A DNA stretch of 64,000 bases, from positions 682,001 to 746,000 of the forward strand of contig NOWV01000019.1 in the NCBI GenBank assembly GCA_003344405.1, in the 5' to 3' direction. Under the pieces are notes generated by a model, which saw only the letters and a list, made by a program, of their open reading frames with translations, ran no database searches and had not been told where the DNA came from. Every line of letters starts with the position of its first letter. Positions within the stretch are counted from its first letter, which is position 1. Source of the stretch: Trichoplax sp. H2. Lineage: Eukaryota. Of the stretch, positions 20,401-32,370 are shown in pieces. A program made the position numbers and the translations under genes.

Positions 20401-23400
20401 AAAAAAAATGCTACCAAGACTAAAACAAGGATAAAGTAATCGCTATTCTTCAAGTCTGTTACTTATATATATAAATATCAATACATTGCCAAGACCCCAT
20501 AAAATAAGAATAATGTGCTCAGTATTCTTCAAGTCCGTATGCCAATCAATATACTGCCAAGACTTGATAAAACAAGAATAAGCTGCCCACTGTTTCTCAG
20601 GCCTGTTGCAATTCAACATTCAACCAGGATAAAAATAAAACCGGAAGAATGTACTCACTATTCTTCAAGTTCGTTACAAATCAACATACTACCAAGACTA
20701 GATAACTGTCAGGCAATTGTCAAATCTATTATTATTATATGTAATTAATTACTACCAAGACTACATAAAACAAGGTAAATGCACTCACTATTCTTCTATT
20801 CCGTTGCAATTCAACAATACAGTACTACAGTTTCAAGGCTAGATAACATAAATAATGTATTAATCCAATTGTCAAGTCTGTACAGATCAATCAACTACCA
20901 AGATCAATGTAGACAAATGTATCCACTATTTTTCATTATCTATGAACACATCTTCAAAATTAGACAATGCAAGTATAATCTACTAAATTATATCCTCTAA
21001 TCTATTACAGACCAACATAATGCCAAAATAAAATAATGGATGAATAATCTACCCACTATTCCTCGATTCCATTGCAAATCAACATACTATCACGATTCGA
21101 TAAAAGGAGTAGAGTATATTGATTCAACCGGCTACTTGTCAAGTCGGTTGGAAATTGATATACAGTTACACCAGACTAAAAATAATCTCACGACCATTCC
21201 TCCAATTTATTTGCGAATCAATACACTATCAAGAGCGGATAAAGCAAGAATAATCTATCCACCGTTCCTCAAGTCTGTTACAAATCAATATATTGCCGAA
21301 ATTCGATAACACAAGAATAATCTATCCACTGTTCCTCACGTCCGTTACAAATCAACATACTACCAAGACTAAATAAAACAAGTATAATGTACTCACTATT
21401 CTTCAAATCCGTTACAAATCAACAATACTGTCAAGACTAGATAACATAAGAATAATCTATCAACCAATTGTCAAGTCTGCTACAAATCAATCTACTACCA
21501 CGATAAGATTAATGCAGAAGAATATATCTATCCACTCTTCCTCAACCTTCATTATCCATCACTACCCTATCAAGACTAGACATAATAAGCAAAATCGACC
21601 AACTTATTTTCTCTAGTTCGTTACAAATCAATACATTAAAAAGACTCGAAAATACATAGATAACGTGTAGAAGTAATGATGCAAATAAAAGCCCGACTAT
21701 TATCTTTGCTTATTGTCTAGGGCAATCAATATCGCTCAACAATAAAATTGATATGGAAAAAGTTATCGATACCGCAATCTATTGTCAACTTATCCAACAA
21801 TGGAATAACGAATAAGGTTATTGTCATGTTAAGTAATAAATTCCTCTATCACTAAATGCCAACGACTAACTATCTTATCTAAACTTTCCTTGCTTTGATC
21901 TTGAGTAGGAAATAAGATAAAAACTTGGTTCGTCAACTAGCCCTGCGTTGGATGATGTAACAACGCAGTGGATCAAGAGCAAGCTGCCGGCTGTAGACTT
22001 GAAAAAGGTAGCAGGAAGATGTTTTGATCCTATTTGTACAGTATGAAGGGATCAACCTGGGTAGAATCAAACTGTTTGCTATTGCTATCCAATTGAGAAT
22101 CATGTCGACATGCCGCGTAATTGCTCAACCGTAATGAACGTTTCGATAGTAATAGATTAAATGCAGTAGGTAAGTTGATCTATGAGTCGATAGCATTGCT
22201 CTAGTCTACTTCCTAGTGGGCTATTCTGAAGATAGCACTACTATGATGAGTCTTGATGATGAAAATTGCAGCAATCGTTCGAACTGCTTTGTAGTTAGGC
22301 TGGATAGAATGTTATTTTCAGCCTACTGCCCACAAAATACACAATCTTCATCATTATCGTGTTGCTGTTAAGGGCCAATCTTGCTATCAAGATCAATAAT
22401 ACGCGTAGATCACTGTTAACCAACCAGCTATTGAGTGTGATTTACCCGTAAAGTATGCAAAGTAGACCTGATTGCAAAGTCCATCGCTACTCTTTCAGTT
22501 CGATGAAATAAGCTTTCGAATACAGTATCGCTAAAGCCATGACGATGAGTTAATGATTCTCATCATTTGGATAAAATACGGGTTCTATTTGCAATAAATT
22601 ATTACTGTAGTCGCTAATGACGAAAGGTATCACGATAGTCCAAGACTATCATCATTTCCACAAGTACGGATTGTATTTGCAATGGATTCTTACGAACGAT
22701 ATGATGATGATAGTCATGGTCATTTCCACCAACTACGGGTTTCATCGGCAATAAACTATCAATAAAGGCATTACGAAGATCAATCATTGCCACCCGATGC
22801 GACTTCTGTCTACAATGGACTATCGCCAAAGGCATCACGACGGCACTTTATTCAAGATGATTGCTAATCGGCTATGATAAACAGCATTACCCTAGTCTTT
22901 TAACATTGATTATTTTACTCCAACATTTTATCCCGGGTGGCAAGCTAATCTGTTCCCCTCCCAGAATGGAAGTTAGCTCTACTTAGCAGGATCACCGTAT
23001 TGGTGACCAAAATGGATGGTCATGATCACGTATAAATAATTCATGGAATGATCGAGATCCATGTTGTAAAATGGCAATTTTGCCTATCCTTTTCATGAAC
23101 GGAAACGCAAGACGATTAACATTCTATTACTTTCAGTTTCTAACTAGCGTCATGGATGGTAATATATTTCGACAGTTACGGATCGTAAACGTGTCATCGA
23201 TCACCGTTTGGGATGGAAAGGGAAGACTCTTGCTACTCCGTGGATAAAGTAAAAGTTTACACTCCATGGATAAAAAGTCAATTCATGAATTGGTATTTTA
23301 ATCTATTTTAATCTATTTTAATCGCCAGGATCAATATTATTCTTACAAGATTATTATAATGGCTGATTTCCTTGCAAATCAATAAAATCAATAGCTGAAA

Positions 23401-26249
23401 GAAATGTGATGAATAGCTGTCGTTAAAAACAACTTACCCTCAGGACTATCGGAATTTTGCCAATCGCTGTCCGCCATCGTTGATTGCAAGGTATCATGAT
23501 TGCTACTACTACTCATTTTATTTAAGTAATGCTCTTTACAATATAAAATGTAAGTGTCGACGCCATATCGATCACCAGGAATTAGCTTGCGCATACAGCT
23601 ATGACATCGGAAGCAATCGATATGGTAAGGATTGCCTTTGGCTCTCATGATAAATTCACTTGGTTCAAATATTCGGTTACACTTTGTACAACGATTATGG
23701 AATAACCTAGAATGAAACAGGTGAGGCAAAAAAAAAACATCAGATTGAAACTTGGACCAGAAAGCTCGGCTATTGTCAAATGTCGTTCAAGGAATCCAAA
23801 TCAAGAATAAAATGGCTGTGTGTGTTTTGATAGAAATCAACGTCAAACGAAACCGTCTTTGGATAAGGGTTTTCTATCTTGTCGCCATTGCAAACAGATA
23901 AACGAAACGGATAAACTCAAAGAAGGAGAGAGACAACATAGCAAGTAAAATAATAGCAAAGCGTCACAACAAGCCATATCCGCGGTAAAATGGGCCACAA
24001 GCATTAATAAGACTCCCCTAATTGTCTTGGTTATTGGATCCAAGTCCATTTAAATTGTCGAACCGGTGGAAAAAGTGGACAATGTATTGAATAATAATTG
24101 TTGCAAATAAAAGAAACGATTGTCGACGTATACAGTAACCAATACGTTGACAATAATCATTGACAACGATGAGCATCGTCAATTTTTTAAAACATGGTGG
24201 ATGATGATTGAAATCGGCGTTAGCGACCACCTTTATCTTGAAAAGATATTTTACGTACTCATGGCCATTAAATCTAGCCATTTCCTATGATATATGCTGA
24301 AATGCTGAGCCGAGGGAGAAAAGAAATTGTATTTCCGTTAACAGGGATATCAGTAGGACGATAGTGTTAGCTAAATGGAGTTACTGATTGCCTCAAGATG
24401 TTGACTACCCATGTACCGGATATTATGGTGATTGTATCCGATTTTTCAACGATTCCATTTCTCACTTTCATTCAATACTATCAACAGAATGGCTACCAAA
24501 ATAAAAGAATATCATTATCATGGCCTTGGGTAGACAAAATAAGATCATTATTTACGCCAATGGAACAGATATGTTGCCTATACGTAATCATTCTACATCC
24601 ATTGGGTCACACAGCAATAGTCAAAATAAACGGGAGGAAAAAAATTTCAATACAAGTGAAGTAATTAACTTAAAATTGAATTCTATCTTGATCGCTGCTA
24701 GCTTTCAATACAAGGAAAATAATGCATGGCAATGGATGTAGACGGATTGATTAGGAGAAGGAGGACTATTTTTTTTCGGTCAAATAGAGGACAATTTAAG
24801 ATTTGTTATCGGTTGAGAAAAAAATGGATTACCAACATTTAAAAGTGAAACATGTCAAAAAAAGACAATAAGGATAACGAATCATTGGCAGCATTTTGCT
24901 GTCACTTATGAACAGGAAATGGATATGGAAAATGGCGTGAGAGAAAGCAATATTAAAATTCGTCTTAGTGTGACCGACATAATACCGAAGGCGTTAACTT
25001 TATAGTGTCATGAAAATAAAGTATTTGCAGTAATGATTATGACTGAAAGTTCTTTCAATACATGCCAATAAGACTATAAACACAAGCTGGATAGAAAAAA
25101 ATTCAGACACAGACATCCACGCACACATCAAAAATTCAAAGGCAAAAAAAAGCCTCAACAAATTGGAGAATGCAACACTATCGCCATGGATTCTACGCTT
25201 CTTCATGACTTTCCATGGGGCAAGTGATGGAATCAACTCAATTCAGCATTTTGTTGTAAAAATTTTTTTTTTTACCCTATTTGACAGCCGACTAGATACC
25301 CCATAGAGCTGTGCAAAACGATCAAGACATGTCGGCTATTATTCCAACTTACATTTTAAAATCTGACTTGCAGTAAGGTTTGCCATTTCGTAGGAAACAT
25401 GTTTCTTTTTCATCTAACAGTTGCTGGCACGAAGCGCATTTTAAGCAAGCTGCATGATATTGCATATCAGGTGCAACCTGCAAGATGTAGCGATCGTTGA
25501 TCTTGCCACCACAACCAGAGCAAAAAGGTAATTGATCTGGGCATTCAAAAAAAGAAATCAAAATGAGCATAGATATAGGATTGCATGTTAAAGTTGTAGG
25601 CTAAAGGAAAGAGTTAAAATAGTATGATGGAGATGTGGCATAATGGAATAGACTAGTTGATTGGTGATGAAGAGTGTACATTTGCTAGGATAACATGGGT
25701 GTCCAAGGATGGCATAAAAGACATGAAAATCATCATGCCTTTTTGCCATCCCTTGAATGAAATTGGTAATCGTACATTAGGATAAATTGGTCAACTACAG
25801 CCACAGGATGGTGCCTAAAGTATCTTTCAACTTCTTTCCAAGATAAAAGCAAAACAACCGCAATAGCCATGTCCAATTGAAAACAATCGTCAAGCACCGG
25901 ACAAGTGGACATGGCCTAGATGAAGACGAAGGTTATCGAGCCAAGAAGATATAGGCTGTTATAGCCATCCATGATCAAAATGGATGTTATCGACGGCGAT
26001 CGCTCTGGATTGTTTGGTAACGAAAATGAATCAACTACAGCGTTATTGCAGTTAACAGATGGAATGAAATAAGGCAGCATAGAATTGAAAAGATGATCAA
26101 CCATTTGTACGGCTGTCCTATCAACGGATGGAGAAACATTCATTCTCCATCTCTTGCTATTACTGTAACTGACGAATCAAGGCAGAAAAGATCAATATGA
26201 AATTCCAATGTTACATACTTTTGCTCTTGTGTGGAGCTTGCGTCTCCAT
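17480..26249 (-). CDS. isl: Islet-class LIM-homeodomain transcription factor, 5 exons
   Basis: Minus-strand exons with compatible phases: 26249-26219 ([10 protein letters not shown], phase-1 GTATGT donor), 25536-25353 (LIM1 [32 protein letters not shown]), 23706-23438 (LIM2 CTKCNRIF...[11 protein letters not shown]), 18880-18600/18603 (homeodomain [57 protein letters not shown], the Islet signature) and 17707-17480 (C-terminus to TAG). Confidence 0.95.
19790..21670. repeat. Degenerate tandem array of a ~67-bp unit (roughly 25-28 copies) within Islet intron 3
   Basis: Approximate consensus AAGAATAATCTATCCACTATTCTTCAAGTCCGTTACAAATCAACATACTACCAAGACTAGATAAAAC; unit starts at 21246, 21313, 21380 and 21448 give a period of 67-68. 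Confidence 0.9.
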
Positions 26250-26869
26250 GTATGAAAGAGTGTCGTAAAGGAGGATTTACCGCAAGTAGATAGGAAAAAA
26301 AATGAGCTAGTGTGATGCCATGATAGTTTACTTAATATTCCACGTGATGCTTGCCATTGGACTTGATTCGATCTCTCGCCTACAATCTATTTTCATCAGA
26401 ATTACTTGCATTGAATACGAGAGGAAGATGATTGCAGGTGGTCCAACCTCCTTATACATTGTTTTCTCCATTGGAGACATACACTTTTATTTAAGACAAC
26501 AGCAAAACAAATAAAAGCCCACACCGATGTGAGACAAGCATCAAAGGCTTGTATTCTCTTCCATCAAGGCATCCAATAGCCAACATGGCCTACAAGTGTG
26601 GACAGCAAGAGAGGCCATGCTGATCAAGACAAAACATTGCAATCTTCTCATTCATGCCAATGACAACTTGAATTCCAAATGCATTGATCAATGCCTTGCT
26701 ACATACAACACTAAATACTGGCAAAGCCATCGTAAACCTGTCTAGGCAATTTGGCGACTGCATTGTCGTTCACAGTATCTTGATCGTGACGGTTAAAAAC
26801 AAAATGTTGAGACCTATTCTTACTGTAGACTCCAACCGTCTTGTTCATTTCCTTAACTGTTGACCTTGT

Positions 26870-27800
26870 CGTACTGGTATGGACCAAGTGAGACTAACTT
26901 ACTCGTTTCCAGTTGGCAACAACAGGCAATGACGGCGATGTTCGGCTTGGCTGAAGACTGAATCTATCCTATCCCTAACGCTCATCATGTCGTGTTGCTA
27001 TTTTCCAACCGAGATGACTTGACTTCCTGTATTTGGAGTGCTGTGGGTACTCACTTGAACTGCCTTGCTCCTTCCCTTAACGTTGATCATCTTGTGTTAT
27101 TATTGACCAACCGAGACGACTTGACTTATTGGGAGTGGAGTTGGTAGTAAAAACACAAGAAGAGGACCATGCTAGGATTAGATGTAGACTAGATCTGTCT
27201 TGCTCTTTTTCCTTTGATTATGTCGTATTGATACTCGTATCTTCCGACCGAGACAACCAGACTCATTTCGGGTAGCGTTAGCAATAATAGGAGAGTTGGC
27301 CAGGTCGTGTTGATATTTCCAAGTGAGACTCTAGATTTATTTTTACATTGCCGTTGGCAATAACGGGAAAATTCTCCTTACGTTGATGATATCGTGTGGT
27401 GATATTTTCCTATCAAGACTCTTGAATTTGTTTCCAGTGCAGTTGTTGGCAATAACAGGAGAGTTGCCTATGCTCGATCAAACTATGTGTTCATATTTTC
27501 CAACCGAGACGACTCGACTTGTTTCCTATAGAGTTAAAAGCACAAGGAGAGAATGACTACGATAGGATTACCTAGCATTGATCATGTTATGTGACTTTTT
27601 TTCGACCAAGACCACTTGATTTGTTTCAAGTGGAGCTGTCAGTCAAAGGAGAAGAAGAACATGGTAGGGTTACGTTTACACTCAGATCTGTCTTTCTCCT
27701 TTTCCCTAATAACATGGATCCTGTTGTATGCAAGTTTTTCAACCGAAACTATTCGACTGACGAATTTGAGTGAAATTGAAAATAGAAGGAGAGAATAAAC
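26870..27800. repeat. Degenerate tandem array, about 9 units of variable length (75-140 bp), just upstream of Islet
   Basis: Core CCAACCGAGACGACTTGACTT recurs near 26884, 27005, 27107, 27244, 27319, 27409, 27499, 27602 and 27739, often followed by TTGGCAATAACAGG. Confidence 0.8.
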
Positions 27801-28689
27801 ATATAAGGGGTTAGGCCGTTAGAGACTGGCATCGCTACGCTATCATAGCAAGTGGGCACTGCTTAGTCAATCCAAGCGGCGATTGCCAAAATGAAACTTT
27901 CCATCGTCATGAATGAAATGGCAGATATAAAAAAATTGAGAAATTAAACTGAAATGCTGTACTCATAATAATCGAGGATAGGTATTCTTCATTTCTTTCC
28001 TATCGTAGAACGACATTGAAATGAGATTGCAATGACAGCAATGGAGGAGATGTTAACCGTCCTCGTGGTCATCGTTATCATGGAGCCTGGATAGTAGATG
28101 GATTCATACACTCATCCATTCTAACTATCCTTCTTGCTTTAAGATAGTGTCAAGACGTTGTCTAAAATGCATATTATTGACATGGGCAAGATGGCGGGAT
28201 TGCATGCCAAATCAATAAAATCATCCATTCAATACAATTCTCGCTTGATTCAGTAAATTATTGCTCTCACGATTTCTTGTGCTCATCAAAAGGATGCAGA
28301 AGGGGGAGGGATGAATTAATCGGACATTGGATAAAAACAACAATAGGTGAGAGACAATCAATAACGGCTTTACTTAATCCGTTAGTCTTGCATTTCTTTC
28401 CATTAAAAAAAGAAAGACAAGAGCAAGAGAGACTCCCTTCTAATGCAAGCTCATTCATCTACTGTCCAAACGATGATTTGTGACTGTCAATACGTTGCAG
28501 ACAAGGTGAAAAAAAATCGACAAGCACGTCTGCTAACGCCTTGAATAGGCACCATCAATAGGTTATGATTCAGAGTTTTCCATTTGGAGCTTCTACATTA
28601 TATTATATTGTTTTTATTTCCAGTCGAGCCCCATTGAAATATTGACTCAAGGTTAGGGTTACAAATGGAAGGAGATTACAATCAAGAAT

Positions 28690-28980
28690 CCCACTCTATG
28701 ATGGTAGAAAAATAGAGTCATAGCAGTCAAGGAAAAATCGTATTCGAATACGGTAGAAAAGTACAGTAAGAGTCAAGATTGAATCAAATTCAATTGTGGT
28801 AGAAAAATGGAGTAATACGGTAGAAGTGAGCGAAGAATGCTATTCTATTGTGGGTAGAAAAAGGGAGTAAGAGTCGAAAAAAAGTGTCTAATTTCAAGTT
28901 TGTAAAAAAATGAAGTAAGGAGAGTCAACAAAGTATCGTATTCTATTGTGGTAGTAAAGTGGAGCAAGAGTCAACTAAAT
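28690..28980. repeat. Degenerate tandem array, about 6 copies of ~50 bp
   Basis: Recurring TTCTATTGTGGTAGAAAAA..GGAGTAAGAGTCAA. Confidence 0.75.
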
Positions 28981-29289
28981 GCCTTCTCCTTCACCATGAG
29001 GTAGCTGGTATTATAGAAAAATAAAATACAGATGCTAGTTTCTATCAGCACTGTCCTGCCACATTGAAAGATCTAACGAAGTGGACACCGCAAGATCAAT
29101 CTGCTGTATAGCCCAATCTGTCTACAGCATAAGATGGCCATTATGAGTAAACATGTAGAGCCATTTTTAGCAAAGTGAACATTCTAAAATACGATGCGGT
29201 GGATCGAGAGTACTGACTGATGTAGAATAAAATCAAACGCAAGCACTGCATAGTAAAAATATCAACCTAAACGAGGCACTCCAACATAT

Positions 29290-30170
29290 ATAGTCTATCC
29301 TTAATACTGGCTTCTACTTTTAGAGTAAACTGCATCTATAGTACATACAAGAAAACACTACAGCTATCGTGCAACCGAAAGAGAGAATTGACCAGTAGTC
29401 ATGGATTCGAATCGATGCAGTCTAGCCTTGTAAACTAGTTTCTCCCGTTCTAGTCAAGTGCAGCTCTAGTAAACGAAATATTCAAAACGGAGTACGATCG
29501 ATTGACAATCTACTAAAAATCATATATTCGAATCTAAGCGGTTTGCCCCTATCAATTAATGTCCTGTTTTAAAGCTCGTTGAGTAAAGTCCAGCTATGGC
29601 ACCATAATATACCAACAATAAGGTGGTGCAGTTAGTGGCCACCATTGACAAAGGCCATCTACTCAAATCGAAACTTTCTATCCGTCTAAACTAACTCCTA
29701 CTTTTATAGTCAGAAGCAACTGTAATATAATTTACCTGTATATTCAAAATAGGTTGCAACCGATTCAGAACCTGGCTATCTACTAGGATGGAAGCATTCT
29801 ATCCGATTATGTACAGTAAAACACTTTCCACTTTTAAGCTAAAGCTCAAATTGAGATCAACGCCATGTTCTCCAATTGAAAACATTCTACGTGTCTCATA
29901 ATAATTTCTACTTTTAGAGTTATGTGCAACTCTAATACACTATTCGTACACTCAAAATAGATTGCAACCGATTGAGAACCTGGCTCGAGAATATTTACTC
30001 GAATGGAAGCATTCTATCCGTCTAGAATGGCTTCTACTTCTAGAGTAGGCATAGCTCTCATACAATATGTTCATCCGCGCAAGTAGATTAAATTTTAAGT
30101 TGCAACCGATTAAGAACCTTAGCCAAGGTCATCTACTCGAATCCAAACTTTCTACCGCAATTAAAAGTAA
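29290..30170. repeat. Degenerate tandem array, unit of about 120 bp
   Basis: Recurring CATTCTATCCG, TTCTACTTTTAGAGT and TTGCAACCGATT.AGAACCT blocks. Confidence 0.75.
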
Positions 30171-31129
30171 TATTATTAAAGAAAGTTCAGCAGACGCAAT
30201 TCAGCATCCTAGTACGATATGTTGAGAACATTGGTTAAGACTATATGAGTATACTGTAGAATCAGTCAGAGTCAACTAGACTGTCATTATATTGTATAGG
30301 AAGAAAGTCTAATCCTGCTAAACACTCAAAACACGATACAATATATGAAATAAGGAGAAAAATCTCCTTTTATTGATTTTAACCTTACCAAAGCATGTAT
30401 CTGGCCCCTCCACGTACGCCTGGACCCTTCTCTTATAATACTTTATCTTAACTTAGAACGATAATTAATTTTAATGGAACGATTGACATTTAAACTATTT
30501 TAACTACTGTAATTAACAAAAACAGTGTTGCAAAAGAGTTACGAGTGATCGAGATAATCTATTTCTTCAGCAGGAAAAAAAATCTCTTCCAACTGAATTA
30601 CCAGCTCTGAACGAGTGTGATCCAACGCAACTCCTTACATCGATTCGATAATTACTAGCAACTCATTATTCACAAGCAGTTTACAATTTTTCAATATTGT
30701 CTACGCTGTTGTAAGACTATCATGTTATCAGTCAGACACTAAACGCAAAACAAATACTATATCAATGTCTATTCCTGGTAATTTTCTTCATCGATAGGGA
30801 ATCATGATCCTTTGTGGTCTCAGTACGTGCAGCACTCACTATAAAGCATCAACATCCATAGGCCATATTAAGCTTACTGGGCGAGTATTCTATTTTAAAT
30901 AGTTCCATCAACTCATTTACTTTATCTAAAGTTTGAAAAAGTTGAAAAGTCAATTAGAATAATGTCACAGCATGCATCCTATTCTATGTTCGGCCTGAAA
31001 GCACAGCTAGGCGACTTAAAGCCACAGGACACTCTTTCCGCTTTTATTACCTTCATCGTTGAAAGCAATATCAGTTAGAGTACCCGCCGAGCCCATTGAG
31101 CCTTGTAAAATTGTAGTTATGAGCACAAG

Positions 31130-32370
31130 GCTTCTCTTTGATACTCGATGTGGATTCATAAGTTCAAGTTGTTAGCTTAAATTGAATAATGGATTGAGTA
31201 AATATCCGATAGAATGGCGTGTAATAGTATAGGTGTAAGTGTCGCCGTGACAGTCGACGAAATAAAGATAGGGCTTCTCTACAGCTTACCTCAATATTCA
31301 GCGTCGATGCATACTTTCAAGCTATTAGCCTAAATCGATTAACGGATTGAGTAAGCGTCCGATACAATTAAGTATAATAGCATAGGCGTTCGTGTCGGCC
31401 ATGGCAATAGACGAAATAGCGATAGGGCTAATCGACAGCTTGCCTCGATATTCGGTAAAGACGCAAACTTTCAAGTTATAAGCCAAAATCAGTTAACGGA
31501 TTGAGTAAGCGTCCAACACAATTAAGTATAATAGTATAAGTATTACTGTCGGTCATGACTATAGACGAAATAAAGATAGGGCTTATCTAGTTTTGCCTGG
31601 AACTTATCTCGATATTTGGTATAGATGCATAGTTTCAAGTTTTAAGCTAAAATTAATTAACGGATTGAGAAAGCATCCAGTAGAATTAAGTGTTATAGCA
31701 TAGGTATTGGTGTAGGCCATGACAATAGACGAAATAATGATAGGGCTCATCGGCAGCTTAAGTCGATATTCGGTATAACTGCATATGGTACCAAATTGAA
31801 TAATAGATTAAGTAAGCATCCGATAGCATAATGTGTTATAGCATCGATTATATTCTCGCCATGATAATTGCAATGACCGAGTAATAATCTCCTGCTACTA
31901 CTGTTGGTTCGCCTACGTTACTCAAAATTTGAGTTAACAAAAATAGAGTAATTCCCTAATGTGGCACACGAAGGTCTTGTACTAGAAACAGTGCAAGTGC
32001 ACCGTTTCATCCTATTCGCCAACTACTATACTCCTACAATTAACTGAAATCATTACAACGACGGACGAAATAAGGATAGGGCTTATCGACAGCTTCTCTC
32101 GATATTCGGTATAACTACTTGCTCAATTGAATAATGGGTTGAGGAAGCATCCGATAGAATAATATGTTGTAGCATAGGTATTAGTCTCGCCACGACAATA
32201 GATGAAATAGCGATAGGGTCTACTTACAGCTTATTTCGATATTGTTTCTAGATGTATACTAAATGGAATAATGGATTAAGTAAGCATCTAATAGAACATA
32301 CAGTAAAATTACAGCATAGGCATTATTTAGTCTTGCCCAGACAATAGACGAAATAGCAATATGGCCTCTT
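31130..32370. repeat. Tandem array, about 7 copies of a ~150-bp unit, interrupted once at about 31870-32060
   Basis: GGATTGAGTAAGC(G/A)TCCGATA...GACGAAATA..GATAGGGCT...CAGCTT..CTCGATATTCGG; cores near 31191, 31344, 31498, 31662, 31805, 32136 and 32272. Confidence 0.9.

Noticed and set aside
20515-21309. Three plus-strand ORFs with repeated INILPRLD-like peptides
   Set aside because: They derive from the 67-bp tandem array; the frame shifts every unit and there are many stops.
22555-22765. Three degenerate 70-90 bp repeats (CATTTCCAC..TACGG...GCAAT) and overlapping short ORFs in Islet intron 3
   Set aside because: Too short and degenerate to interpret; no coding signal.
25916-26143. 75-aa minus-strand ORF as a possible Islet first exon
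   Set aside because: It ends in a stop with no suitable donor seen; exon 26249-26219 fits the phase and the short basic Islet N-terminus better.
26870-32370. Repeat-spacer-like appearance suggesting a CRISPR array
   Set aside because: The context is eukaryotic and intron-rich, the repeats are degenerate, the spacers are related to each other, and there are no cas genes.
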